Shown piece after piece: positions 1-12,046 of a stretch of 64,000 nucleotides of DNA (its first letter is position 1; every line of letters begins with the position of its first letter). This stretch comes from an uncultured Actinomycetes bacterium. GTDB taxonomy: Bacteria > SZUA-79 > Acidulodesulfobacterales > Acidulodesulfobacteraceae. The notes below the pieces were generated by a model. The model was not told where the DNA came from, did no database searches, and was given only the letters and a program-made list of their open reading frames with translations. The DNA is taken from NCBI GenBank assembly GCA_964631685.1, contig CAZVZU010000001.1:160001-224000 (forward strand), given 5' to 3'. The position numbers and the translations under genes were made by a program.

Positions 1-78
1 AAAAATAGTATAGAATGAACGAGATGTGATCATTACCATGTAAATATTATTTATTGAATCTGCATAAAAATTAACAAT

Positions 79-1566
79 ATGGAAAAAGAAAGATTTAATA
101 ATTTAATAAGAGAGAAGTTGGGCGATATTAACTTGATTATCGTTTCCAATAGGGAACCAATTGCCCACGAATATGCCGGAAAAAAGATTAAGGCAGTAAA
201 GTCTGTGGGGGGACTCACGATTGCCCTTGAGCCCATAATGCGAAATCTCCATGGGACTTGGATTGCCTACGGAAGCGGAGGCGCGGATAAATCTGTCGTA
301 GATGATAAGGGAAAGATAAAGTTACCGGAAGGGGAGGAGTCTTATACTCTCAAAAGGATTTTTCTTACAAAAGACGACTTAAACCAATATTACTACGGAT
401 ATGCAAACTCCATTTTATGGCCGCTATGCCATGCTGTATATATTAAGCCCGTTTTTGATTCGAATCAGTTTTTATCGTACGACGAGGTAAATAAAAAGTT
501 TGCAGACTCGATAATAGAAGAGATTAACTGGTCCGATATTGCCGACGGTGTCAAAAATGTTGTATGGCTTCAAGATTATCACCTTGCGCGGTGTGCTATA
601 TATCTCAAAGAGTACAATGAGCACATTAAAACCGCTATATTTTGGCATATTCCATGGCCAAATCCGGAGATATTTTCAATATGTCCGGAAAAAGTAGAAT
701 TACTTGAGGGTTTACTCGCAAACGATTTAATTGGTTTTCAAATAACTTATCATTGCCAAAACTTTTTAAAGGCATGTGAATGGGAGCTTGAGGCTCAAAT
801 TAACTGGGCGGACTATTCTGTTACATATAAGGGTCATAAAACAAAAGTCATGTCATTTCCAATTAGCGTGGATGCTGTTCACTTAAACGATATTGCTAAA
901 TCCGAAGAGGTTGACAAAATAATTTATAATATTCAAAAAAATGACGATATTACTGAATCGTTAGGGGAGTTTCTCGCTATTTCCGTAGATAGATTGGACT
1001 ATACTAAGGGAATTACAGAAAAGTTAATGGCAATAGACCGCTTATTGGAAAAACATCCAGAGCTTCAAGGTAAGTTTGTTTTTGTGCAGTTTGGTGTGCC
1101 GTCAAGGGTGCATATAGAAGCTTATAAGAAATTTAATGATGAAATTTCCAGGCTTTCGGATGATATAAATTGGAAGTATGGGACATCAGATTGGCACCCG
1201 ATTGTGAGATATTTTAAACAGTTAGATCTGGAGGTTTACTTGGCGTATTATAGATTATGCAACATTATGATAGTAAGCCCTCTACACGACGGTATGAACC
1301 TTGTAGCTAAAGAGTATATTATGTCTGATATTGATGCTCACGGGATGCTGATGTTATCGCGCTTCACGGGGGCATCAAAGGAGCTGTACGATGCTATCTT
1401 AGTTAACCCATATGATACAGAATGTTTTGCTGACAAAATATATGAAGGAATAGTTATGAGCAAAGAAGAAAAAGAGAAAAGAATATCTAAAATGCAAAAC
1501 ATCATTATGGAGAATGATATTTACAAGTGGGCATATAACTTCCTTACATCCCTTTATTTAATCTAG
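79..1566 (+). CDS. otsA: Trehalose-6-phosphate synthase family (GT20)
   Basis: Motifs [64 protein letters not shown]. Confidence 0.88.
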   Translation: MEKERFNNLIREKLGDINLIIVSNREPIAHEYAGKKIKAVKSVGGLTIALEPIMRNLHGTWIAYGSGGADKSVVDDKGKIKLPEGEESYTLKRIFLTKDDLNQYYYGYANSILWPLCHAVYIKPVFDSNQFLSYDEVNKKFADSIIEEINWSDIADGVKNVVWLQDYHLARCAIYLKEYNEHIKTAIFWHIPWPNPEIFSICPEKVELLEGLLANDLIGFQITYHCQNFLKACEWELEAQINWADYSVTYKGHKTKVMSFPISVDAVHLNDIAKSEEVDKIIYNIQKNDDITESLGEFLAISVDRLDYTKGITEKLMAIDRLLEKHPELQGKFVFVQFGVPSRVHIEAYKKFNDEISRLSDDINWKYGTSDWHPIVRYFKQLDLEVYLAYYRLCNIMIVSPLHDGMNLVAKEYIMSDIDAHGMLMLSRFTGASKELYDAILVNPYDTECFADKIYEGIVMSKEEKEKRISKMQNIIMENDIYKWAYNFLTSLYLI

Positions 1567-3284
1567 ATTTTAAAAACCTTAATCATATTAGATAGTTCTA
1601 TAGCCATGCGAGAAAGTTCTTCGGATGATGTTAATACTTGTTTTGAGCTACTTGATGCCGCATCTTGCGCCTCAATTATCTCTTCCGATGACACAGATAT
1701 CTCTTCGCTGACCTGAGACTGTTCTTCTGATGCTGTTGCTATCTGAGTAATCATCTCCTTAAGCTTAGACATCAAACTATTTATATTTTGTATCGCATCG
1801 GCGGATTTCTGTGCCTGAACCGCTCCCTTGGAAACCTCCTTCTTTCCTCTTTGCATTGATGTCACGGCTTCCTTTGTATTTCTCTGAATGCTCAATATCA
1901 TAGACTCTATTTCTTTTGTAGCCTTAGTGGTTCTTTCTGCTAGTTTTCTAACCTCATCCGCAACCACCGCAAAACCGCGGCCTTGTTCACCGGCACGCGC
2001 GGCCTCTATTGCCGCGTTTAGGGCAAGAAGATTTGTTTGATCGGCAATATCGTTTATTACTCCGATAATTTCTCCTATCTTATCGGATGAAGCACCAAGT
2101 TCACCTATAGTATTAGAAACTGCGGAGACCGTATTCTCTATATTTTTCATCTCATTTGCAACATCATGAACCGATTTTGTGCCGTATTCTACTACGCGCT
2201 CGGTTTCAACGGCTTTTGCAGCCGAAGAATTTGAATTTTTTGCTACCTCAATAATTGCTATGGACATTTGTTTGATTGATTCTATAATCCTTAAAGCCTT
2301 CTCTCTCATCTGCCCTATCATCTTTTCAAATTCTTTTGACGACATGGACAATTCCTCTGATTGAGAGCTTAACTGCGCAGAGGTATTACTTATGCCGTTT
2401 ATATTATTCGAAAGAGAATCAACCAGATTGTTGACATTGGCGATGACCATTCCTATCTCGCTTTCTTCGTGAACATTAAGGTTTAATTTTGATGTTAAGT
2501 CTCCATTGGCAATCTGCTTTATCTTTCTAGCAGCCGCATCTAAAACCTCAACCACGGTTTTTTTAAAGTAAAGCACGATAAAAATAAGCATAGATAAAAA
2601 CACTATAGGGAAAAGAATAGTTATATATTCCAAGAGTGCGATTTCGTTATAATAAAGATTTTTTAATCCGCGTTCTATTACCGTCATATGCTTAATAATT
2701 AAGCCTAGATGATTATCAAAATATAGAGGACTCATAGCTTTGCCGACCAATAAGGGATATTTTAAAAGGCGCGTTGCTATGGGACTGAATATATAGTATT
2801 CCTCGGACAGTTTTTTTATATCTAAAGCAGTTTTTTTGTTGGTAAACTTATGTAAGGACGTTTTTTTAATGCCGAAAACATAATCCGGTTTAATTTTTTG
2901 AAACCCAGATGTAAATCCCTTCAATGCTAATTTTATATTTTCAAATTTGGGCTTTGCGATTCGTGCTATGCTCAATATTTTTGTGTCATAGGCTTTTTCT
3001 ATGCTGGATTTCGCTACACCTGTCTTATGCATCTTCTTGTACATCTTGTACATCTCTTTTTCTTGAGACAGAAAAATTATTTGCAGTAAATTTCCCTTCA
3101 GGCTTCTAATTGCTTCTGATGTTCTGCTTACAGTATTCATGTTGGTCACATCATTCCTTAGTGCTTTAGCGTAAAGAAGAAAAAGAATACTGGCCGCTGT
3201 GATAAGGACAAAAGCAAAGACGGAAATAAAGTAAAGCTTAGATTTTAACGTTTTCAATAATAATCCTCCGTTATTTTTATGCAC
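1563..3284 (-). CDS. Methyl-accepting chemotaxis protein (2 TM, periplasmic sensor, HAMP)
   Basis: [40 protein letters not shown] signalling hairpin; two hydrophobic segments. Confidence 0.95.
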   Translation of the reverse strand: MHKNNGGLLLKTLKSKLYFISVFAFVLITAASILFLLYAKALRNDVTNMNTVSRTSEAIRSLKGNLLQIIFLSQEKEMYKMYKKMHKTGVAKSSIEKAYDTKILSIARIAKPKFENIKLALKGFTSGFQKIKPDYVFGIKKTSLHKFTNKKTALDIKKLSEEYYIFSPIATRLLKYPLLVGKAMSPLYFDNHLGLIIKHMTVIERGLKNLYYNEIALLEYITILFPIVFLSMLIFIVLYFKKTVVEVLDAAARKIKQIANGDLTSKLNLNVHEESEIGMVIANVNNLVDSLSNNINGISNTSAQLSSQSEELSMSSKEFEKMIGQMREKALRIIESIKQMSIAIIEVAKNSNSSAAKAVETERVVEYGTKSVHDVANEMKNIENTVSAVSNTIGELGASSDKIGEIIGVINDIADQTNLLALNAAIEAARAGEQGRGFAVVADEVRKLAERTTKATKEIESMILSIQRNTKEAVTSMQRGKKEVSKGAVQAQKSADAIQNINSLMSKLKEMITQIATASEEQSQVSEEISVSSEEIIEAQDAASSSSKQVLTSSEELSRMAIELSNMIKVFKI

Positions 3285-3485
3285 CTTTTACGAATACTAT
3301 CATAATACTGCGCAATAGTCAATAAAAAATAAAAAGCAACCTCAGCGAAACCCCCTCCATTATTTTCATATTTCTTACATTTAAGGCAAAAAAGTTGATA
3401 AAATAATCAGGAACAATTATAATTCTCATGTGGTTTGCGGTTGAAATGATTTGTATCATTAATAATATGATAGGAGAGTAATAAC

Positions 3486-3674
3486 ATGCCGTTCGTATCC
3501 ATTAAAATGCTTGAAGGAAGAACAAAGGAGCAAAAGAAAGGACTTATTGAGTCTGTCAGTAGATGTGTGGCAGAGAGTTTAAATATAGATGAACAACACG
3601 TGTGGGTGGTTATAGAAGATTTTCCGAAAGATGAGTGGGGATTGGGCGGTAAATTAGCTTCGGAAAGAGATTGA
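3486..3674 (+). CDS. 4-oxalocrotonate tautomerase family protein
   Basis: 62 aa, N-terminal catalytic Pro (MPFV), GRTKEQK, WGLGG; RBS GGAG. Confidence 0.9.
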   Translation: MPFVSIKMLEGRTKEQKKGLIESVSRCVAESLNIDEQHVWVVIEDFPKDEWGLGGKLASERD

Positions 3675-3715
3675 AAGCCAGTCATTAACGATCCAAATTT
3701 AAAAAGGGAGCAATT

Positions 3716-4489
3716 ATGCCGGAAGTGTGTTTATCTGTCGGGAGAGCGTTGTTGGACGATATATTCCGTGATATTGATTACGCGAACGACAAAGGCGCCG
3801 AATTTGTTGAGATAAGATTTGACCTTCTAAACGAAGCCGGAGACGGACAGTTGCAAGACATTACTGATGCCTCTTTTGTACGCAAAATTACTGACTTGAC
3901 GACCTATGCAAGGCATAGAAATATAAAGTTAATAGCTACAAAGAGGGCAAAATGCCGTAGTTCGGATAAAAGCCAAAACTTAAATGCAATAAAAATAAAA
4001 TTCTTAAAATCTCTCATAAAAATGGGTTTTTCCGTAGCCGATATTGAGCTTGACGTTATCGAAAGACATTTAATAAAGGATTTTATCGATTTTGCCCATT
4101 CCATGGAATCAAAGGTTATCTTGTCCGTCCACAATTTTAATGAATCCATAGATATCCAAACGACGATCCAATACTATTTAGATTCAAGCTATTTTGGCGC
4201 TGATTACTTTAAAATGGCAGATATGGCAAATTCTAGTGAGGATATGATAAATATTATTGAGAAAAACCAGAAACTTGCAGATATCAAAGCATCGGATTCA
4301 TCTGTTTTTCCTGATTTTGTTGTTTTCGGAATGGGAGATAAGGCTAAGATAACAAGGATACTGTCATTATTTTACGGTTCTTCATTTACCTATTGTTCAT
4401 CGCCGTCCGGGTGCACAGCTGCAGGCCAATTTGATTTAGATGAATTTAAAGACGAATATTTGAGAATTTCCAAGATATATAAATTTTAA
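3716..4489 (+). CDS. aroD: Type I 3-dehydroquinate dehydratase
   Basis: VEIRFD, DIEL, SVHNF (His), ADYFK (Schiff-base Lys), MG..R, TAAGQ. Confidence 0.8.
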   Translation: MPEVCLSVGRALLDDIFRDIDYANDKGAEFVEIRFDLLNEAGDGQLQDITDASFVRKITDLTTYARHRNIKLIATKRAKCRSSDKSQNLNAIKIKFLKSLIKMGFSVADIELDVIERHLIKDFIDFAHSMESKVILSVHNFNESIDIQTTIQYYLDSSYFGADYFKMADMANSSEDMINIIEKNQKLADIKASDSSVFPDFVVFGMGDKAKITRILSLFYGSSFTYCSSPSGCTAAGQFDLDEFKDEYLRISKIYKF

Positions 4490-4521
4490 CCGCACAATAA
4501 AGATGTATATGGGCATTTATC

Positions 4522-6276
4522 ATGGGCTTATTGGTCAACAGTTTATCTAAAACTAAAAAACTCGGCGAGATTCTGATCGATGCGAAGCTCTTGAATCCGA
4601 CGCAGCTTGAAACTGCTCTGTCTGAAGCAAAAAAAAGACATTTAAGGCTTGGAGCGGCATTGATAGCTATCGGGATTCTTTCGGAAGACGATATCTTGGA
4701 TGCCTTGTCCTCGCAACTGAATGTAAAAAAAATAGACCTATCTAAAATAATTATAGATCCCGCAGTAGGAAAAATCATCCCCGAAGGGCTTTCAAAACAG
4801 TTTAAAATGGTGAGCATCAGTCTTTCAGATAATATCCTGACTGTTGCCTTATCCGATCCGTTAAATGTTTTTGCAACGGATTCGTTAAAAAGGTATGTTG
4901 ATTACGATATAGAGATAGTTTTAGCCAAAGAACGCGAAATAACTAAATCATTGGATTTTGTCTGGACGACTAAAAATACATCAAAGGACTCTTTAGTAAA
5001 AGATAATATGAATTTCACCTCTAATTTTAGTACTTCAGGGGCAACGCAGGACCAACAATCACATTTTTCCTCCCCGCAAACATCTTCTGCAGTAGTTAAG
5101 GAGGTTTTAGATTCTGAAGATATAAATATTATAAAGCTTGTAAATGACATTATTTTTTCTGCTTCAAAAAATAGAGCTTCTGATGTTCACATAGAGCCTT
5201 TGACCGATGAAGTTATTATAAGGGAAAGAATAGACGGGGAACTTTTCGAAGCGAAGAGAATACCCCTCCAGTTTTTAAATCCTGTTATTGCAAGAATAAA
5301 AATAATGGCCAATATGGACATTGCGGAAAAAAGAAATCCTCAAGATTCTAGATTTGGAATCAATGTAGGTGATAAAAATCTTGATATAAGGGTTTCTATT
5401 ATTCCCACCATAAACGGAGAAAAAGCAGTTCTTAGAATATTAGATAAAGGCTACAAGGTACTGAAAATTTCGGAATTGTCGATAGATAAGAACGAAAAAG
5501 AGACAATTTTAAAGACGGTCTATAAAAAATACGGATTGTTCATTATAACGGGTCCCACAGGTTCGGGAAAAACTACGACGGCATATTCCGTAATAGCGGA
5601 ACTTAATAACTTAGATAAAAACATTATCACGGTTGAGGATCCTGTTGAATATAAGATAAGATATATCAATCAGATTGAAGCTAATAGGATGGGTGGATTT
5701 ACCTTTGCTACCGCATTGAGGGCAGTATTAAGACAGGATCCTGATATTATTTTGGTTGGAGAGATAAGGGACGAGGAAACGGCTAGGATTGCCATTCAGG
5801 CCGCTTTAACGGGTCATTTTGTTATCTCCACGCTGCACAGTCAAGATGCGTCAAATGCTATTTCAAGGTTAATAGATATGGGGATAGAACCTTTTTTAAT
5901 TTCCTCGTCCCTTATAGGCGTTGCCGGGCAAAGACTAGTTAAAAAATTATGCGACAAATGTAAAAAACCATATACTCCTGAACCATCCTTTATTAAAGAG
6001 TTAGGGCTTCCGGCTGACGTTCATTTTACATTTTACCAAGAAACTGGATGTGATGTGTGTAGAGGGACTGGTTTTTACGGCAGAATAAGCGTAATGGAAT
6101 TTTTAACACCCACAAAAAATATTCAAAAATTAATAGTTGAAAGAGCAGATTCTGCTAAGATAAGGAGCGCAGCCATACATGAGGGATTTATTCCCTTAAG
6201 GATGATTGGGCTAAAAAAGGTAATGCAGGGAATAACAACGGTCAATGAGATTATTCAAGCTACTCAGGATGTATAA
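4522..6276 (+). CDS. GspE/PilB/MshE family pilus or T2SS assembly ATPase with MshEN-like N-terminus
   Basis: Walker A GPTGSGKT, TVEDPVE, LRQDPDIILVGEIRD, TGH..STLH, CxxC...CxxC zinc motif. Confidence 0.93.
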   Translation: MGLLVNSLSKTKKLGEILIDAKLLNPTQLETALSEAKKRHLRLGAALIAIGILSEDDILDALSSQLNVKKIDLSKIIIDPAVGKIIPEGLSKQFKMVSISLSDNILTVALSDPLNVFATDSLKRYVDYDIEIVLAKEREITKSLDFVWTTKNTSKDSLVKDNMNFTSNFSTSGATQDQQSHFSSPQTSSAVVKEVLDSEDINIIKLVNDIIFSASKNRASDVHIEPLTDEVIIRERIDGELFEAKRIPLQFLNPVIARIKIMANMDIAEKRNPQDSRFGINVGDKNLDIRVSIIPTINGEKAVLRILDKGYKVLKISELSIDKNEKETILKTVYKKYGLFIITGPTGSGKTTTAYSVIAELNNLDKNIITVEDPVEYKIRYINQIEANRMGGFTFATALRAVLRQDPDIILVGEIRDEETARIAIQAALTGHFVISTLHSQDASNAISRLIDMGIEPFLISSSLIGVAGQRLVKKLCDKCKKPYTPEPSFIKELGLPADVHFTFYQETGCDVCRGTGFYGRISVMEFLTPTKNIQKLIVERADSAKIRSAAIHEGFIPLRMIGLKKVMQGITTVNEIIQATQDV

Positions 6277-6299
6277 AATAAAACAAGGTTGATGTAACT

Positions 6300-7514
6300 A
6301 TGGCCATTTATCGTTATAGAGCAAGGGATAAATCGGGGAAACTTGTTATTGGAAGATTAGATGCGGCTTCGTCTATTTCTGCCGAAAAACAGATTGAAGA
6401 CTTACGACTTATACCTATTTCAATGGAAGAAGTAACAAGTTTTTATTGGAGCGATATATTTCCTACTTTTCAAACAATATCCAAAAAGGATGTGATTATT
6501 TTTTCAAGACAGCTTGCTACGCTTTATCAATCCGGCGTTCCCCTTATAAAAAGTTTAGATTCTCTTATGGAATTTGCCAGAAATAAAAAATTCAAAGCTG
6601 TCTTGGACGATATTAAGTCAGGCGTTGGGAACGGGGAGACGCTCGCCCAGAGTATGTCTAATCATCCAAATGTTTTTCCGGAAATTTATGTTAACATGAT
6701 AGAGGTCGGAGAAACCGGAGGGCTTTTATATGAGATATTGGTCAGGCTCGCTCTTTTAATGGAAAAGGATATGGCGGTTAAATCTAAGGTGAAAAGTGCT
6801 ACGTTATATCCTAAAATAGTATTATCCGCGATAATTATTGCGGTCGTTGTCCTTGTAGGGTTCGTGATACCTAAATTTACCATGCTTTATAAGAGCTTTA
6901 ATGTTCCTCTTCCTTTTGAGACAAGAATGTTAGTTGCAATGTCAAACTTTGTAGTAAATTATTGGTACATAGTTGTTGGAATTGCCGCAACATTGATTAT
7001 TGTTGTTAAGCTATTTTTGAATTCTACCGGCGGCAGGCTGTGGTGGGACGAGCATAAGTTAAAAATACCAATTTTCGGAAGTATATTTTATAAATCTATC
7101 ATGAGCCAGTTTGCAAGAATTTTTGGACTCTTATTCCAAAGTGGGTTGCCGGTGAATAAGTCATTTGAGTTGATTAGGAATGCTGTCAATAATAAATTTT
7201 TTACCAAAAAAATAGATGAAATACAATCGGATGTTATAAGAGGGGAATCCATTACGGACAGTTTTAAAAATTCAAAAATATTTTCAGGGATTATGATCCA
7301 AATGCTTAGCGTCGGGGAGGAAACGGGGCATATTGATGAGATGCTTGCCAAGGTTGCCGACTACTTTGATGAGGATCTAGATCACCAGCTGAGTATGCTT
7401 CAAGCTAGCATTGAACCTGTCCTACTGACTGTAATTTTCGGCATGGTACTTTTTCTTGCACTTGCGATTTATTTGCCAATAATTAATGTAATAAATTTCG
7501 CAGGTCGCGGGTAA
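6300..7514 (+). CDS. GspF/PilC/MshG family inner-membrane platform protein
   Basis: FSRQLATL..SGVP, GETGG, LYP, GEETG, EP motifs; follows the ATPase gene. Confidence 0.92.
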   Translation: MAIYRYRARDKSGKLVIGRLDAASSISAEKQIEDLRLIPISMEEVTSFYWSDIFPTFQTISKKDVIIFSRQLATLYQSGVPLIKSLDSLMEFARNKKFKAVLDDIKSGVGNGETLAQSMSNHPNVFPEIYVNMIEVGETGGLLYEILVRLALLMEKDMAVKSKVKSATLYPKIVLSAIIIAVVVLVGFVIPKFTMLYKSFNVPLPFETRMLVAMSNFVVNYWYIVVGIAATLIIVVKLFLNSTGGRLWWDEHKLKIPIFGSIFYKSIMSQFARIFGLLFQSGLPVNKSFELIRNAVNNKFFTKKIDEIQSDVIRGESITDSFKNSKIFSGIMIQMLSVGEETGHIDEMLAKVADYFDEDLDHQLSMLQASIEPVLLTVIFGMVLFLALAIYLPIINVINFAGRG

Positions 7515-7571
7515 ACAATAAGTAAAAATAGATATTTGCATGTTTATACCTTTTTTGATTACTAAAAGCGG

Positions 7572-7601
7572 TTGACTTAATATATATGAAAATGATAGTA
7601 T
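7572..7601 (+). promoter_or_regulatory. Putative sigma70 promoter of the RND operon
   Basis: TTGACT, 18-nt spacer, extended -10 TGaTAGTAT. Confidence 0.45.
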
Positions 7602-7682
7602 ACAAATAAACATATATATATCAGAGATAAACAAACAACTAAAACAAAGCATGAACTTTATTTCAGTCTGAGGTGAATTAAA

Positions 7683-8795
7683 ATGGCGATTAAGGATAGC
7701 GGATATGCTGATTTTGTCAAATTGAGGTCATATTTTATAAAAAAAAGGTTAAAATTTGTTTTTTATGCGTTAATTTTTTTAGTTTTATTACAGGTTCCAA
7801 TTTTAATGTCCGGTTGCGCAAAAAAAACTTCTTCCGTTCAGAAGATGCCTGTAAGAATAAGGGCTAATGCGATAAGGACATCTTATAAGACAGTAAACAA
7901 ATATTTAAAATCTTCAGGGAACGTGGTGTCTCTAAATAATACTGTTATATCTGCCCATATCATGGGATATGTCGTTTACGAAAATATACATTTAGGGCAG
8001 AGTGTTAAAAAGGGTCAATTACTTTTAAAATTAAGCGCTCCAGAGATAAAATCTAAATATTACGCTGCAGAAGCCGCATTAATTAATGCGAAAAAAACAT
8101 ATGATAGAATAAATACACTCTACAAAGAAAATTCGGTTGCGAGGCAGACATACGACAATGCCTTTATGAGGTATAAGATTGCAAAAGCTAATCTAAATAC
8201 TGCGTTAAGCTATATGGGTTACACAAATGTTTATTCCCCTATAAACGGTGTTATAACGCAAAAAAAGGTTTCCATGGGAGACCTTGCTACCCCCGGTCGA
8301 ATGCTTTTTATGATTCAAAATATAAATAGATTAGAATTCAAAACTAATGTTAATGCCCGATACTATAATGATATTCTATCGTCCAATAAGACAGTTAAAC
8401 TAAATATTAATTCTGCAGGCAGGATAATTGTCGGGCATGTGGTATCGGTGGTTAGATCGGCTAATCCGTATTCACACTCCATTGTCATAAGGATAAAGAT
8501 TGGTCGATGGGAAGGGCGCGGCATACTTCCAGGCATGTACGGTGTTGCAAGTTTCAAAATCGGTGAAAGAAAAGTTATTATGATTCCTAAGGTTGCAGTA
8601 ATAAAAAAACTTGGGGTTCTTGGGGTATATATAGTAAATAACGAAGGTGGGATTATGTTTCAACCTATTAAAAAGGGCGAAATTTATGACAGAAATTATA
8701 TCGTTGTATTAAATGGGCTAAGCCCTAATTTGATCGTAATTACATCGAATTTAAATAGTATTTCCGCCGGCGGCTATGTTAATCCGGTATTTTAA
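7683..8795 (+). CDS. RND efflux periplasmic adaptor (membrane fusion protein), possible lipoprotein
   Basis: GQSVKKGQLL and SPINGVI lipoyl-like halves, coiled hairpin, LPGMYG; lipobox-like MSGC. Confidence 0.9.
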   Translation: MAIKDSGYADFVKLRSYFIKKRLKFVFYALIFLVLLQVPILMSGCAKKTSSVQKMPVRIRANAIRTSYKTVNKYLKSSGNVVSLNNTVISAHIMGYVVYENIHLGQSVKKGQLLLKLSAPEIKSKYYAAEAALINAKKTYDRINTLYKENSVARQTYDNAFMRYKIAKANLNTALSYMGYTNVYSPINGVITQKKVSMGDLATPGRMLFMIQNINRLEFKTNVNARYYNDILSSNKTVKLNINSAGRIIVGHVVSVVRSANPYSHSIVIRIKIGRWEGRGILPGMYGVASFKIGERKVIMIPKVAVIKKLGVLGVYIVNNEGGIMFQPIKKGEIYDRNYIVVLNGLSPNLIVITSNLNSISAGGYVNPVF

Positions 8796-8827
8796 AACAA
8801 TAAAAGATAAAGGAGTAAATATAATTA

Positions 8828-11800
8828 ATGAATAAAAATTTTAACGGCAAGATTACCGAATATTTCATAGAGAACAAGTTGACCGTTTTGCTTATTTTAT
8901 TTATTATCGGGTTCGGTATAGTTGCGGTACTTCTTACACCAAGGCAGTATAATCCTCAAATTATCGTTCCTGCCGCGAATGTTATCGTCAGATTTCCGGG
9001 TGCTAGTGCAAATGAAGTGGAAAATCTTGTTAGTAAACCTCTTGAAAGAAAAATATGGCAGATTCCTGGCGTAAAGCATGTCTATGCTGTTTCCATGAAT
9101 TCGCAATCTATCGTGACTGTTGAGTTTCATGTAAATGCAAGCAGAAATAAAAGTCTTGTAGATTTATACAACAAGATTTTTTCTAATATGAATGAAATCC
9201 CCAAGGGCGTGTTGCGTCCTATTATAAAGCCGATAGACGTAAATCACGTTCCTATACTTAATATTACGCTGTGGAGTAAAAAATACAGCTCCGGATATTT
9301 GACAACTATTGCCAATAGGATATTGGATAAGTTAGATGCCGTTCATGGAACGGGTGTTACCTCTTTAAACGGGGCCAGATATAAACAATTAAACGTTTAT
9401 CTTAATCCCATAAAGATGGCGGCATATCATGTTTCGCCACTAATGATAGCCCGAGAGCTTAAAAATACTAATATTGATTTGCCAGCAGGATTTTTGCAGA
9501 ATAATAATAAAAAAATATTTTTGACGGCGGGGGGATATTTTCATAATGTTAATTCCGTCAAAAATTTCATTGTTTCCGTTTTTAACGGTGAACCTGTTTA
9601 TTTGAAGGATGTGGCAACGGTTGACTACTCCTATAAGCCGTTAAATTTTTTGTCTGAAGTTGGTTTTGGCAAATATTATAGAGAGATAAATTTTCAAGAC
9701 AAAATAACAGCCGGAGCAAAGGGTCTATACCCCGCCGTAACCATTGCTATTGCAAAAAGAAGGGGAAGGAATGCGGTTACAGTAGTCGACAATGTGCTTA
9801 AAAGGTTTCACTCTATAGTGAAAAGTAGCGTACCGAACGGTGTTCATTATATCATCACAAGGAATCATGGCAAAAAGGCGAATAAAGCTGTTAATGAACT
9901 TTTATTTCATTTAATGGTAAGTATAGCTATAGTGACATGTCTTCTTTTAGTAATATTGGGATGGAGAGAGGCGTTTATAGTTGCCTTTGCTATTCCATTA
10001 ATGTTGTTTTTAACCCTCGGTATTGCTTTTATTTTTCATCAAACACTTAACAGGATAACCTTGTTTGCTTTAATATTGTCCCTCGGTCTTCTTGTTGATA
10101 ATGCGATTGTCGTTATTGACAATATAGAAAGGGTTTTTTCGAGACATAGGAATATACTGCCTTCTTATGCCGTGGATGCAGTTAACGAGATCGGAAATCC
10201 TAATTTTTTTGCAACCCTTGCAGTTATAGTATCTTTCATACCTATGTTGTTTGTCACGGGCATGATGGGTCCGTATATGAGGCCCATTCCGTTTAATGTC
10301 CCTATAGCCATGATAGTGTCATTATTTATTGCTCTTACTATTGTTCCGTGGTTTTATTTAAAACTTATGGCAAATGAGAAGGGTTTGGCTCTTATCTATA
10401 AGAAAGAAAAGAAGAAGGAAAACAAGGACATAAAGAAGGGTTTATATGGTAAAATACTGACCCCTTTACTCGAGAACAAAAAAAAGAGACTCATTTTCAT
10501 GGGAGTAATAGTTATTCTCTTTCTTGCATCAATGGCGTTGCCAATGTTAAGGATAGTGAAGTTTAAGATGCTTCCCGTTACTAATGCAAATACATTCTTG
10601 ATCACAGTAAATACAAAACCGGGTTCGTCTTTCGAAAGAACTAATCTCGTAACGCTTGGTATAATAAATTATTTAAAAAAAATAAAGCAGGTTAAAGATT
10701 ATGTTGTTAGTGTTGGAGCACCATCCGTTGTAGATTTTTCAGGACTATTGCGCGGTTCTAATTTTAGGAACGCAAGCTGGTTTTCCGAGATAAGGGTAAA
10801 TTTAACAGATAAAAACAAAAGGACAATATCGTCGCACCAACTTGCCTTGAATATTTTGCCGATGGTTCATAAAATAGGCAAAAAATATGATGCAGTAATA
10901 AAGGTCATCGAAACCCCCCCGGGTCCGCCAGTAAAGGCAACGATAGTTGCCAGAATTTATGGTCAGAATTATAAGGAACAAGAAAAATTATCCAAAATTG
11001 TGGAAAAAAGAATAAAAAATACGAGGGATGTGACAGATGTAAGTTCTTCTTACAAAAAACGCATAAAAAAAATAATGCTGGTTGTAAGAAGGCATAAGGC
11101 CGCATTACTTGGAATAACATCAGAAGAAATTGCAAGAACCGTATATCTTTTGAATAACGGCATGACGGTTGGGACTATTCATGGAAAAGGGCATCTTCAT
11201 CAGCAAAATATCTTTTTAAGGATGCCGGATTCCTTTAGGACGAGTATTAATTCATTGACAAGCATATGGATTTATGCTCCATACATACACAAGTTGGTGC
11301 CCTTAACATCCATTATCAGCATAAAGCATGGTTATCTACATAATATGATTTATGAACGAGATCTGAGACCCGTTGTGTATGTTTATGGCAAGGTTGTAAA
11401 AAGAAGTCCTTTGTATGTAAATTTAAATCTGTTTTTGCATTTTTTATCACACCCATTGCCCGCCGGTTACAGCATAGAATGGGGAGGGGCATGGCATCTT
11501 ACACTTAAAGTTTTTGCGCAATTGGGCGCAGCTATGGGGATGGCTATTTTGCTTATTTATATACTCTTAGTCGGTTACACCGGTTCATTTATATTGCCGA
11601 TAATACTTATGGGTGCGATACCACTTGAAATGGTGGGAATAATGCCCGGTTTTGCCGTTATCGGAACATATTTTACGGCAACATCTATGATAGGAGCGAT
11701 AGCTTTATCGGGGATTGTTATAAGAAATTCATTATTGCTGTTGGAATTTATTAATGATAGAAAAAAAGAAGGATATAACATAACGGATGCGCTAATTGAA

Positions 11801-12019
11801 GCTGGCGCAATGAGGGCAAGGCCGATTATTATTACTGCTCTTGCGGTAGTGTTCGGCTCTATGATATTAGTAACCGATCCCGTATGGAACGGACTTGCTT
11901 GGGCGCTTATTTTTGGAATGATTGCGTCCACTGCACTGACACTCGTGGTAATTCCTGTATTATATTATATGATCGAGGGAAGCAGGTGGCATAAAGAGGA
12001 TACTCACGATAGTTTATAG
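8828..12019 (+). CDS. RND efflux permease (AcrB/AcrD/AcrF family)
   Basis: 1063 aa; PGASANEVE, GLLVDNAIVV, GIVIRNS, RARPIIIT. Confidence 0.93.
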   Translation: MNKNFNGKITEYFIENKLTVLLILFIIGFGIVAVLLTPRQYNPQIIVPAANVIVRFPGASANEVENLVSKPLERKIWQIPGVKHVYAVSMNSQSIVTVEFHVNASRNKSLVDLYNKIFSNMNEIPKGVLRPIIKPIDVNHVPILNITLWSKKYSSGYLTTIANRILDKLDAVHGTGVTSLNGARYKQLNVYLNPIKMAAYHVSPLMIARELKNTNIDLPAGFLQNNNKKIFLTAGGYFHNVNSVKNFIVSVFNGEPVYLKDVATVDYSYKPLNFLSEVGFGKYYREINFQDKITAGAKGLYPAVTIAIAKRRGRNAVTVVDNVLKRFHSIVKSSVPNGVHYIITRNHGKKANKAVNELLFHLMVSIAIVTCLLLVILGWREAFIVAFAIPLMLFLTLGIAFIFHQTLNRITLFALILSLGLLVDNAIVVIDNIERVFSRHRNILPSYAVDAVNEIGNPNFFATLAVIVSFIPMLFVTGMMGPYMRPIPFNVPIAMIVSLFIALTIVPWFYLKLMANEKGLALIYKKEKKKENKDIKKGLYGKILTPLLENKKKRLIFMGVIVILFLASMALPMLRIVKFKMLPVTNANTFLITVNTKPGSSFERTNLVTLGIINYLKKIKQVKDYVVSVGAPSVVDFSGLLRGSNFRNASWFSEIRVNLTDKNKRTISSHQLALNILPMVHKIGKKYDAVIKVIETPPGPPVKATIVARIYGQNYKEQEKLSKIVEKRIKNTRDVTDVSSSYKKRIKKIMLVVRRHKAALLGITSEEIARTVYLLNNGMTVGTIHGKGHLHQQNIFLRMPDSFRTSINSLTSIWIYAPYIHKLVPLTSIISIKHGYLHNMIYERDLRPVVYVYGKVVKRSPLYVNLNLFLHFLSHPLPAGYSIEWGGAWHLTLKVFAQLGAAMGMAILLIYILLVGYTGSFILPIILMGAIPLEMVGIMPGFAVIGTYFTATSMIGAIALSGIVIRNSLLLLEFINDRKKEGYNITDALIEAGAMRARPIIITALAVVFGSMILVTDPVWNGLAWALIFGMIASTALTLVVIPVLYYMIEGSRWHKEDTHDSL

Positions 12020-12046
12020 TTTAAATTTTAAAAAGAGGTTAACAAT

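Noticed and set aside
3036..3053. 9-nt tandem duplication CTTGTACAT x2 in the MCP gene (MYKMYK)
   Set aside because: Trivial in-frame microduplication.
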